From: Verrucomicrobiales bacterium
GTDB lineage: Bacteria; Verrucomicrobiota; Verrucomicrobiia; Verrucomicrobiales; V1-33
Length of the DNA: 10,322 nt
NCBI GenBank assembly: GCA_031411295.1
Contig: JANOAV010000003.1
Coordinates: 1 to 10,322, forward strand
Reading direction: 5' to 3'
Part shown: in pieces, positions 1 to 7,303 of the stretch
Position numbering within the stretch: position 1 is the stretch's first letter
How the letters are laid out: each line of letters opens with the position of its first letter
The notes under the pieces: model-generated
Database searches by the model: none
Seen by the model: the letters and a program-made list of their open reading frames with translations, nothing else
What the model was told of the DNA's origin: nothing
Translations under genes and position numbers: made by a program

Positions 1-139
1 AAAACGGATCTGCGAAACGCCATCGAAGCCTTTATCCAAGCCACCAATAATCACCCGCGACCATTTGTGTGGCGCAAGAGAGAGGTCAAAGGCGCCCAGC
101 TTAGAAATACAATTGTTAACTTGTGCAACTAAGCACTAG
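1..139 (+). mobile_element. 3' end of an IS630-family insertion sequence (transposase C-terminus 1-132, right end about 136-139)
   Basis: Frame 1 reads KTDLRNAIEAFIQATNNHPRPFVWRKREVKGAQLRNTIVNLCN* (TAA 130-132). This matches the L..AI..FI...N..P.PF.W C-terminal motif of IS630 transposases. It is followed at once by GCACTAG, a typical IS630 end with a TA target. Truncated by the window edge. Confidence 0.8.
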
Positions 140-243
140 GAACGTGTGCCGACTGTCCTCAGTCGGCCCCACCGCGCCATCCGATGCCCCCTCCCAGAGC
201 GCTAGATTCTTTGCTCCCGACTGAGGACAGTCGGGACACATTC
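140..243. repeat. REP-like doublet (REPIN-like inverted pair)
   Basis: GAACGTGTGCCGACTGTCCTCAGTCGG (140-166) and CCGACTGAGGACAGTCGGGACACATTC (217-243) are inverted repeats with 2 mismatches in 27 bp. Each arm is itself a hairpin, CCGACTG-N4-CAGTCGG. Confidence 0.8.
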
Positions 244-305
244 TGAGGAATGGCCTCTGCTTCAGCGCGGATTTTTGCGCCACTCTTAAACTGGCCGCTA
301 GCCCG

Positions 306-336
306 ACGGCACGCGGATTTGAAATCCGCGTTCCGT
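306..336. repeat. Isolated palindrome, REP-like
   Basis: ACGCGGATTT-G-AAATCCGCGT (311-331) is a perfect 10-bp inverted repeat, extendable to 306-336 with one mismatch. It has no U-tract, so it is not a clear terminator. Confidence 0.6.
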
Positions 337-387
337 TAAACCCTGTGCAAAGATCCGTCGTTCTGCTCTAGTGGTCAGGCAAGTTTG

Positions 388-416
388 TTGACTCGTTCTT
401 TATTTGCAGGCATCTT
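388..416 (+). promoter_or_regulatory. Candidate sigma70 promoter giving a near-leaderless DUF4058 mRNA
   Basis: TTGACT (388-393), 17-bp spacer, CATCTT (411-416). The ATG at 422 lies at the expected +1 position. Confidence 0.4.
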
Positions 417-421
417 GCGCC

Positions 422-1207
422 ATGAAACCACACAATCCATTTCCTGGAATGAATCCCTGGATGCAGAACATCTGGAGCGATGTGCATACCGCGTTAATCG
501 GCTATATTCGGGACGCGCTGGGTCTTGAGCTGCCGGATGACCTTACCGCCCGGGCCGAAGAAACCATCCGGGTCCAGGAAGACGCGACTGGAGAGGTGAG
601 TATCCGCCGGGCGGATGTGGGAGTTCTGCAAACCGAAACCTGGCGTCAAGGGATCGCTCCGGTGTGGACCCCTGAGGATGACCCTGCCTTGGCCGACCGA
701 TTGGCGGTGCCGGTATTGGTTGAAAAAATTGTGGAGCCGATCACTCCGCGGTGGGTGGAAATTCGGGAGCGTGATGGGAAACTCATCACCGTGATCGAAG
801 TCACCAGCCCCCAGAACAAAACGAAGTCCGGCCGCAGGCAATTTGAATCCAAGCTGGGCGAGTTACTCAGTGCAGGCGTGAATGTGGTAGAGATCGACCT
901 GATTCGTGGCGGGATCGCAGCGAAGGATTTTGAACCTCAGGGCTGGCCTATGGAGTTATGCCAAATCATTGTGCAGCGGGCCGCCCAGCGGCAGCAAATT
1001 GAAGTTTACCCCTGCCCGCTGCGGGAACCGTTGCCGGCCGTGCGGATTCCACTCCGAGCCCACGAACCCGATGCCGCATTAGACCTACAGCCGCTCATCA
1101 ACCGCTGCCATACGTTAGGTCGTTACTGGCTATTGAATTATCAGCAACCACCCGCCGCTGAATTGACGGAAGAGGAAACGGCATGGGCCAGGGAAATTGC
1201 TGGATAG
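422..1207 (+). CDS. DUF4058 family protein (PD-(D/E)XK nuclease-like fold)
   Basis: The N-terminus PFPGMNPWMQ..WSDVH and the motifs LITVIEVTSPQNK, VNVVEIDLIRGG and PLREPLP...IPLR...D..LDLQ are characteristic of DUF4058. ATG 422 is preferred over TTG 404. Confidence 0.88.
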   Translation: MKPHNPFPGMNPWMQNIWSDVHTALIGYIRDALGLELPDDLTARAEETIRVQEDATGEVSIRRADVGVLQTETWRQGIAPVWTPEDDPALADRLAVPVLVEKIVEPITPRWVEIRERDGKLITVIEVTSPQNKTKSGRRQFESKLGELLSAGVNVVEIDLIRGGIAAKDFEPQGWPMELCQIIVQRAAQRQQIEVYPCPLREPLPAVRIPLRAHEPDAALDLQPLINRCHTLGRYWLLNYQQPPAAELTEEETAWAREIAG

Positions 1208-1278
1208 GTTTGCCAATCCATTGTGTGTTAAGCGAAAATTAAACTCGCTTGCAAATCCACTGCGCCACTTTACTTTCC

Positions 1279-2061
1279 ATGATATCCGATGACGAATCCA
1301 AGCCCAAGCCAGCCGCCGATCAAGCCGTTGCTCACTCCCGAGCAGATGGAGCGGATCTTATCGTCTCGGCGCGCGATTTCATCGGAGGAGTTTTACCGGC
1401 AGGTATCGACTCATCTGGGCCGCCCAGTCTCTCCCGGCAGGAAGCGAGTCTGCGTCGATGGGCGTATGATGTGGGTTTGTTGCTAAAGGTCGATGATTTG
1501 CCGGATGAAGTGATGCGTGGCGGCATGGAGCATGATTTGTATCGTGATGAGGATCGGATCATCAAAGTCACCCGCAATGGTGTCTTCGGGCTTTCCCCCG
1601 GGATAGATTTAGCTCTGGTCGCCTCGGGGCGGGACAGTCGTCGCTTCCACCTCTGGGAGGCCACTCCACTGCAATATCTGGAGCGCCTGCATTTGCAAAA
1701 CATGCTGGTGCCAGGGCTGAATTCGTTGGAGGGAGTCATCGACCAGCCGGACGATCTGGCGATCGTCATTTCCCAGCCGAGGTTTGAAATCATCCCCGTT
1801 ACTGAAGAGGAGATCATCGCATGGTTTGCGCTCCAAGGCTTCGCCAAGGTAACCGCGTCCGGTTACTATCGGGCCGAAGACAACCTGGGCGTGTTCGATG
1901 CCCATGACAAAAACGTGGTGCGCTTTGAGAATGATTTGATCCCGTTCGATGTGATCCCGGTGCGCCCAGACGGTGGATTTCTCAGTTTTATCGAAGATAC
2001 GCTAGCCGCTGGTCATGAGTTGCGCGAAGTCCGCACAGTGAATCGACGGGGCTTGGAGTAA
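1279..2061 (+). CDS. Ser/Thr/Tyr kinase-like protein of the polyvalent-protein type (Kinase-PolyVal)
   Basis: Motifs GGMEHDLY....IIKVT, TPLQYLERLHLQN, LEGV......IVISQP, catalytic-loop-like DAHDKNVV and a terminal PFDVI. ATG 1279 is preferred over TTG 1249. Confidence 0.75.
   Translation: MISDDESKPKPAADQAVAHSRADGADLIVSARDFIGGVLPAGIDSSGPPSLSRQEASLRRWAYDVGLLLKVDDLPDEVMRGGMEHDLYRDEDRIIKVTRNGVFGLSPGIDLALVASGRDSRRFHLWEATPLQYLERLHLQNMLVPGLNSLEGVIDQPDDLAIVISQPRFEIIPVTEEEIIAWFALQGFAKVTASGYYRAEDNLGVFDAHDKNVVRFENDLIPFDVIPVRPDGGFLSFIEDTLAAGHELREVRTVNRRGLE
1289..1486 (+). CDS. Possible nested small protein (65 aa) in the +1 frame of the kinase 5' region
   Basis: The ATG lies 10 nt after the kinase ATG. 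It encodes an amphipathic-helix-like segment, LLTPEQMERILSSRRAISSEEFYRQV, and overlaps mainly the kinase region upstream of the catalytic motifs. Confidence 0.3.
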   Translation: MTNPSPSQPPIKPLLTPEQMERILSSRRAISSEEFYRQVSTHLGRPVSPGRKRVCVDGRMMWVCC

Positions 2062-2218
2062 TGAATTTGCAAGTAACATTCACCCGCACTCAGGCTTTGA
2101 CGAATGGCGGATTGTGGGTGGACTTGTCCCTCTCTTTCCTTAACCCCAGTTTTCTGGGGCAACTCACAGCGATGGACGCTCCCTCGTTTCGCGTGGTTTG
2201 CCCGGTTTCCTCTTACTC

Positions 2219-3487
2219 ATGCCTCCTCTTCCTCGTCACGACTCCCGTTCTCTTGCTTGGGACATCCTCAAGCATTGGAAACCCGAAGGCCTTTTTGCGG
2301 AAGAAATGATTGACCGCGCCTGTCGGGATCATGGACTGACCGGACCGAACCGTGGTCTGCTGAATGCGATTGTGCTGGGAGTGCTGCGGCATCGGGGAGT
2401 GCTGGATTTGTGGATCGATCACCTGCGCAGCGGTGGGAATTTGCATAAGGACTTGCGGGAGTTGTTGCGGATAGGGTTGCTCCAGTTGATGATTTTGGAA
2501 ATGCCGGAACATGCTTCGGTCAACGAGACCGTGGAACTGGCGGGACATGCGAAGTCGCTGGTAAATGCTGTTTTGCGTCGGGCGGTGCGGAGCCGGGCGG
2601 AACTGGAGGCCATGCGCGCGGCCGCTCCGCTGGCGGTGCAATGCTCGCTGCCCGAATGGATGCTGCAACGGTGGCGGAACAATCTGGGGCAGAAGGCGAC
2701 GGAGTTTCTCGCAGAATGGGTGAATCAACCGGCCCCGATTATTGTGCGGGCGAATAAGATTCGCTATCGGGCTGAAGCCCGCACCGCCAGTCTGCCCAAA
2801 GCCAAGGCCGTGCCCGGCTTCCCGACGTTCTATCAGGTCAACGAACCTCCGCTGCCCCTGCTGGACGAAGGCGCTTGTTATGTGCAGGATCCCAGCACGT
2901 CCATTCCCCCCATTCTGCTAGCGCCAGAGAAGCAAATGTCCGTCCTTGACGCCTGTGCTGCGCCCGGCGGCAAGACGGCCCATATGGCGCAACTAATGTT
3001 TAACCATGGGAAGATTCTGGCCGTGGACAGTGTGGAAAAGCGCGTGCGTCGCTTGGCCGGAAATCTCAAGAATATGGGGGTCTTCATTGCTGAGACGTTA
3101 CAGCACGACTGGCTCGCGGGACCGTTGCCGGAATTCTATCAACAACGTTTCCCCGGTGGATTTGACCGCATCCTGATCGATGCCCCGTGCAGTAATACCG
3201 GGGTGATGCGACGTCGGGTGGACGCGCGCTGGCGTTTGCAGCCGGATGATTTCGTGAAAATGCAGCAACAGCAACTCAGATTGCTGGATGCCATCGCGCC
3301 TAACTTGAAAGTCGGCGGCCGCATGGTTTACAGCACCTGCAGCATCGAAGCCGAGGAGAACGAGGGCACGGCCCAGAAGTTCGCCACCAGCCATCCGAAG
3401 TTCAAACTCCTGAAAATGGAGCGCACCCTGCCACAGCGTGAAGGGGTGGACGGCGGCTTTGCGGCCTTGTTTGAGCGGGTGAAGTGA
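2219..3487 (+). CDS. rsmB: 16S rRNA m5C967 methyltransferase RsmB/Sun (NusB-like domain plus m5C methyltransferase)
   Basis: The NusB-like region contains GVLRHRGVLD, LRIGLLQL and PEHASVNETVELA. The methyltransferase motifs are YVQD, VLDACAAPGGKT, FDRILIDAPCSNTGV.RR and GGRMVYSTCSI..EENE. Confidence 0.95.
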   Translation: MPPLPRHDSRSLAWDILKHWKPEGLFAEEMIDRACRDHGLTGPNRGLLNAIVLGVLRHRGVLDLWIDHLRSGGNLHKDLRELLRIGLLQLMILEMPEHASVNETVELAGHAKSLVNAVLRRAVRSRAELEAMRAAAPLAVQCSLPEWMLQRWRNNLGQKATEFLAEWVNQPAPIIVRANKIRYRAEARTASLPKAKAVPGFPTFYQVNEPPLPLLDEGACYVQDPSTSIPPILLAPEKQMSVLDACAAPGGKTAHMAQLMFNHGKILAVDSVEKRVRRLAGNLKNMGVFIAETLQHDWLAGPLPEFYQQRFPGGFDRILIDAPCSNTGVMRRRVDARWRLQPDDFVKMQQQQLRLLDAIAPNLKVGGRMVYSTCSIEAEENEGTAQKFATSHPKFKLLKMERTLPQREGVDGGFAALFERVK

Positions 3488-3538
3488 CTGCTGTAAGCGC
3501 AGGCCTTTTGCTGCACAGCGGTGAACCCAAGACCTGCG

Positions 3539-4540
3539 CTACTTCGTCGGAATGCGCATGGCGCCCTCCCGAATGCTGCGGTGGTTGACTTCTGCCAGGC
3601 CCAGCCATTCCTCCCGGGGGTTGCCTGCGCGGTATTTGAAGGCGACCCAGGGAACGCCATTTTTGGCATTTTCCAGCACGACTCCGGCCCCGCCTTGATC
3701 CGCCATTTCCGCAATGCTGGCCTCATGCCACTTGCCCTGGATCACGCCTTGGGCGGAGTCGGTATTCCAGACATAGGTGCCGTCCGGATTGATCGTAACC
3801 TTCCCGGTATTGGCGGCACCGATTTCCGTCCACAGCATCAGTTTATTCCCTTCCACGTATTTGACCGGCAGGCCGACTTTACTGGTGACCCAGCTTCCCC
3901 AGAGCCAGTCCTGTTTATTGGGTGGTCCATAATTGTGACTCAGCGGCCCCGTGACTTCCGACGTCATGCCCAGCGCGCTGATCTTTTGTCCGAAGTCGGA
4001 AATGGCGGAATCATGCAAAAAGGCCGTGCCGCGTTGCTTGATCAGCGCCCCTAATTCGTCCTTGGTTTTTTGCAGTTTGGCGGAATCAGCAAAAGGCGTA
4101 TTCCCCACGCGATCGGTAATGAATTTCAGAATTTGGTCTTCCGTGAGCGGTGGCCCTCCTGCGGCTTGGGGCATGGCACCAAGCTTGCCCATGGCAGGAT
4201 TGGTCCCGGGCGTTGCCCCTGGTTGAGGCGTGGGGGGCAGCGGCAATGGCGGCAGCTTGCTGGCAGTGCCTGCGCTCTTGCTGGTATCGCTGCGCGACGC
4301 ACTCTTGATATCCTCCCAGGTGTAGGCGGTCTGCGAATTTGGATCGCCCGGCCGTTTCCAAATGATCGGCTGCTTGTTTCCTGGGGTCGCCCATTTATAA
4401 GTGCCCGCCTCCCATTTGCCAGTAATGCGGTCCAGCCAACTGATTTGCTGGCCGTCCTTGAAAGCTGCCGCCTCCTCCGCCACAGCGGGACTAAAAAAGC
4501 AACAACTGGCGATGATGATGGAAATGAGTCGCGGATTCAT
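3539..4540 (-). CDS. Secreted hypothetical protein with a Pro-rich linker
   Basis: Long ORF. The ATG at 4540 gives a signal-peptide-like MNPRLISIIIASCCFFSPAVA|EE. It contains the linker PPLPLPPTPQPGATPG and a Trp/Gly-rich, beta-strand-like C-terminal domain. Confidence 0.75.
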   Translation of the reverse strand: MNPRLISIIIASCCFFSPAVAEEAAAFKDGQQISWLDRITGKWEAGTYKWATPGNKQPIIWKRPGDPNSQTAYTWEDIKSASRSDTSKSAGTASKLPPLPLPPTPQPGATPGTNPAMGKLGAMPQAAGGPPLTEDQILKFITDRVGNTPFADSAKLQKTKDELGALIKQRGTAFLHDSAISDFGQKISALGMTSEVTGPLSHNYGPPNKQDWLWGSWVTSKVGLPVKYVEGNKLMLWTEIGAANTGKVTINPDGTYVWNTDSAQGVIQGKWHEASIAEMADQGGAGVVLENAKNGVPWVAFKYRAGNPREEWLGLAEVNHRSIREGAMRIPTK

Positions 4541-4683
4541 GATGAAATGAGGTTTGAGTGGATGAGCCGCCATTATCAATGGGCTCATTGCTATCAGCGT
4601 CATCCGCGTGGCCGCGTGACATGGGAAATGTCATTTTTTCTCAGGACCTGAACGTTTTACGTTCAAGATGAGGTCTTATCGGA

Positions 4684-4955
4684 ATCAAGCCGGAGGCTTG
4701 ACACGATTAGGGCCGAACTCCGGATCAAGCCGGAGGCTTGACAGAAATTAGCCGGGGGTTGAGCGGTAGCGATACCCCGGTATCCAAACGAAGTGGCCGC
4801 ATCCCGGCAGGGATGCCAGAATAGGATCGCGCCTCGCCATTTCTTCTCAGATTGCTGATCTGGCATCCCTGCCGGGATGCGATGCTTATGGGCCTCTAAC
4901 CGGGGGTATCGCTATCGCTCAACCACCGGCTAATTTCTGAGAACCCTCCGGGATC
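4684..4955. repeat. Composite palindromic REP-like element (long inverted repeat of nested hairpins)
   Basis: Perfect 22-bp inverted repeat GCATCCCGGCAGGGATGCCAGA (4799-4820 and 4859-4880). An approximately 41-bp inverted repeat at 4742-4782 and 4898-4939. Direct duplication of the hairpin ATCAAGCCGGAGGCTTGACA at 4684 and 4724. Confidence 0.85.
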
Positions 4956-4987
4956 ACCTCATCTTGAACTACTTAGAATTAGCCTGT

Positions 4988-5018
4988 AGGAAACCAACTG
5001 GATGCGGAAGGAAACCAA
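4988..5018. repeat. 31-bp dispersed repeat, copy 1 (internal 21-bp period)
   Basis: AGGAAACCAACTGGATGCGGAAGGAAACCAA is identical to 8774-8804. Confidence 0.85.
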
Positions 5019-5050
5019 CTGGGGCAATCCGCAGCGCAGTCACGCTGACA

Positions 5051-5178
5051 CGGAGTGGCGGGTTGAAGCCGCCATCTCTAGCCGCGTTAGGCACAAACTA
5101 CTTGCTGCGTGTTCCCCAAACTTCCCACCACGGACCGGCGCAGCCATTGCCAGATGGCGGCTTCAACCCGCCACTCCG
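5051..5178. repeat. REP doublet with a GGAG tetranucleotide
   Basis: Perfect 27-bp inverted repeat CGGAGTGGCGGGTTGAAGCCGCCATCT (5051-5077 and 5152-5178). Each arm is GGAG plus the hairpin TGGCGG-N7-CCGCCA, the canonical REP layout. Confidence 0.85.
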
Positions 5179-5288
5179 GGGTAATCAGTTTGTCATCAGC
5201 TGCGGGCATCCACGCGCCTCCGAGCGGAAATCGACATTAACGTTGACGATCACGCGGCTCTGCGGCTAAATCCTACCAAACGTCCACT

Positions 5289-5378
5289 ATGAGTTCACTA
5301 CCCCGCGCCAAAACCGACAACTTTGTCGCCTCTAAAGAAGCTCGGCAAAAATCGACACTTCTGTCGGTGATCAACTAG
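5289..5378 (+). CDS. 29-aa leader ORF within the platform, copy 1
   Basis: MSSLPRAKTDNFVASKEARQKSTLLSVIN*. Start, stop and length are conserved in copy 2. Confidence 0.45.
   Translation: MSSLPRAKTDNFVASKEARQKSTLLSVIN
5315..5366. promoter_or_regulatory. Two CGACA-N4-TGTCG palindromic boxes
   Basis: Boxes at 5315-5328 and 5353-5366. The arms are invariant in copy 2 (9325-9338, 9363-9376), while the spacer of the first box differs (ACTT vs ATGC). Confidence 0.6.
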
Positions 5379-5403
5379 TGAGGCGCTTCTACACATCTAT
5401 ACT

Positions 5404-6159
5404 ATGAAACTGTTTATTAGCTGGTCCGGAGAGCGGAGTAAGCTCGTAGCCACCGCATTACGCGATCTTCTTCCCGAGGCGATTCAAGATCTGATACCTT
5501 GGATGTCCGACCACGACATCAACGCAGGGGCGCGCTGGGGTCACGATCTTACCAAACAACTTGCGGAATGTGATCTTGGCATAATCTGCCTCACGCCGGA
5601 GAATCTTCTGGCACCATGGCTTCTCTTCGAGGCTGGAGCATTAGCTAAGAGCGTCATAGATTCGCGGGTCGTTCCCTACCGACTGGGACTTACCGCCACT
5701 GACGTTTCATTACCGCTAGCCCAGTTTCAGGGAGTCGACGCAAATGAGGCCGGCACTCGAAAGCTGTTTCAAAGCCTTAATTCAGTCCGAAGCGACCCGA
5801 TGCCAGATGAGCGCGTTGAACGCATTTTTTCTCGATGGTGGCCAGATTTATCAGCGCAAATAGGGGCGATCCCTGCAGCCAACGAGCCCAAGGTTCCTCC
5901 CAAGTCTGAGCACGAGATGCTTGAAGAGGTTCTTTCAACGACGCGTCTAATCGCCCGCCAAAACGCATCTCTACAAGTCGTTAAGCTAGCTGTAGAATCC
6001 CCGCTTCGTTCATACACGTCAAAGACCGTTCCAAATCCAGCCTATCACCGAGGCGAATTCGTTTTGGTCGTTAACCATGACCAACCCGGGCTCGAAAGCC
6101 TTTGCTTCAGCGACGGAAAAGCTTGGAATGCCGTTCGCTCAGTCGCACTCCAAGAATGA
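5404..6159 (+). CDS. TIR domain protein (TIR_2-like), gene cassette
   Basis: Motifs KLFISWSG, PWMS..DI.AG.RW...L...L, GIICLTPEN and PWLLFEAGAL, the last containing the conserved TIR Glu. It is followed by an attC site. Confidence 0.9.
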   Translation: MKLFISWSGERSKLVATALRDLLPEAIQDLIPWMSDHDINAGARWGHDLTKQLAECDLGIICLTPENLLAPWLLFEAGALAKSVIDSRVVPYRLGLTATDVSLPLAQFQGVDANEAGTRKLFQSLNSVRSDPMPDERVERIFSRWWPDLSAQIGAIPAANEPKVPPKSEHEMLEEVLSTTRLIARQNASLQVVKLAVESPLRSYTSKTVPNPAYHRGEFVLVVNHDQPGLESLCFSDGKAWNAVRSVALQE

Positions 6160-6175
6160 ACGCTACTGTGGCCTT

Positions 6176-6276
6176 GCCTAACAGGCGCTGCAGCGAACTG
6201 CTTCGCGCCATAATGTCGGCTTCTTGCTCACCCAGCACACGGCCCTCCGCAGTCGCTGAGGTTGGTGTCGTTGATG
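6176..6276 (+). mobile_element. Integron attC site
   Basis: R'' is GCCTAAC (6176-6182), followed by a 5-nt spacer. CT[G]CAGCGA[A]CTGC (6188-6201) pairs with GCAGTCGCTGAG (6249-6260), leaving two extrahelical bases. R' is G|TTGATG (6270-6276). Confidence 0.85.
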
Positions 6277-6298
6277 TAACCTTGCAGCGTTTAGCCCG

Positions 6299-6826
6299 AT
6301 GAAAGAGGGTCTTGAGTGCCCGCATTCACTTTTGCCGCATCTTTATAGATGGTCGCTGACTTTTGTGGATTTAGTAGGCGTGGAGTCACTGCCCGAGGTT
6401 GCGGTTGATTTGCTTTCGGCTGGCTTCGACACACCAGAGGTGGTGCGTCTTGCCGTCTGCGACAGGGATGAGCATCCAGATGACGTTCGCAGGGCCGCAG
6501 GCCGGGCCTTCGCGTCACTCGGTTTTACACCACAGGATGCGTCCTTTCACCAGATTGTCGTGGGACGTATGGTCGCTGCACAGATCGCGGACTCAGTAAT
6601 CCAGCCACTGGACGGGCTAGCTAAGATGGTGAGTCTGTGGATTATCACCTGTCATTCAGAGATTTTCACAGAGTGGATGATTCTGGACGAGGCAATTTAC
6701 TTGTTCAGAAATGGGGACGGCGGCCTGGAGCCATACTTGGATTTGACGGAGGAGACGATTCCATCGACCATCTACACCTTGACCCAGCAATTTCTGGTGC
6801 GGCATCCGATTCCATACCGACCATGA
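6299..6826 (+). CDS. Hypothetical protein (cassette-like)
   Basis: 175-aa ORF starting 29 nt after the attC crossover. It is helical and contains an LP..A..LL.AG.DTP....LA pattern. Confidence 0.7.
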   Translation: MKEGLECPHSLLPHLYRWSLTFVDLVGVESLPEVAVDLLSAGFDTPEVVRLAVCDRDEHPDDVRRAAGRAFASLGFTPQDASFHQIVVGRMVAAQIADSVIQPLDGLAKMVSLWIITCHSEIFTEWMILDEAIYLFRNGDGGLEPYLDLTEETIPSTIYTLTQQFLVRHPIPYRP

Positions 6827-6845
6827 CCTCTACCTCAATAATCGT

Positions 6846-7115
6846 ATGCGCCGAGACATCGACCATATCATCGAAAGACTGACGGCAGAGATGCCCGGAG
6901 TTCAGGTTCTTCAATTGCAGGTCAGTCATCCGGGAGTGGACGATGACGGTCTTTGGTTTGTCACGATGTGCGGTAGGTCTCCAAAGGTTGCGTTGGAGTC
7001 GTCTCACGGCAATTGCCCATTCCTCATCGAGTCAGATTTTGGTCCAGAGAGATTTCACGGGCACAGCATTGATGAGGTCGTTTCGACCGTCGGGAGATTG
7101 TTTACCCAACAATAA
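6846..7115 (+). CDS. Small hypothetical protein (cassette-like)
   Basis: 89-aa ORF with globular-looking motifs HPGVDDDGLWF and ESSHGNCPFLIESD. Its end overlaps an RYYYAAC box (ACCCAAC, 7104-7110). Confidence 0.75.
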   Translation: MRRDIDHIIERLTAEMPGVQVLQLQVSHPGVDDDGLWFVTMCGRSPKVALESSHGNCPFLIESDFGPERFHGHSIDEVVSTVGRLFTQQ

Positions 7116-7303
7116 AAGCCGTATTACTGCAAGTAGTTCACGTGACTCTCTGGGTGGATGCTGATCAAGCCTGCAACTACGGCCATGGTTGAACAAGCGT
7201 AGGGGATTCACGGGAGGGAAGCCCATCGGTAAATCCGCCGCCCGACAGTGGCTGGCACTGGAGGAACCGAATCCTACTGGCACAAACTCCTGTCCTCCGC
7301 CCC

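Larger units (their letters stand above)
5191..5384 (+). other. attI/Pc-like cassette platform, copy 1
   Basis: 156/188 identities by manual count, ungapped, with 9201-9388. Similarity stops at the G|TGAGGC crossover (5378). TTGACG at 5243-5248. Confidence 0.7.

Noticed and set aside
1332..2728. Minus-strand ORFs 1332-1847, 1609-1905 and 2213-2728
   Set aside because: They are shadows of the kinase and rsmB genes.
3521..4651. Plus-strand ORFs 3521-4054 and 4070-4651
   Set aside because: They are antisense shadows of the minus-strand secreted protein gene and have no recognisable motifs.
4964..5269. ORFs 4964-5269 and 9001-9279 with similar C-termini (PRASERKST)
   Set aside because: The similarity comes only from reading through the duplicated platform DNA. 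Their N-termini are unrelated repeat or low-complexity sequence.
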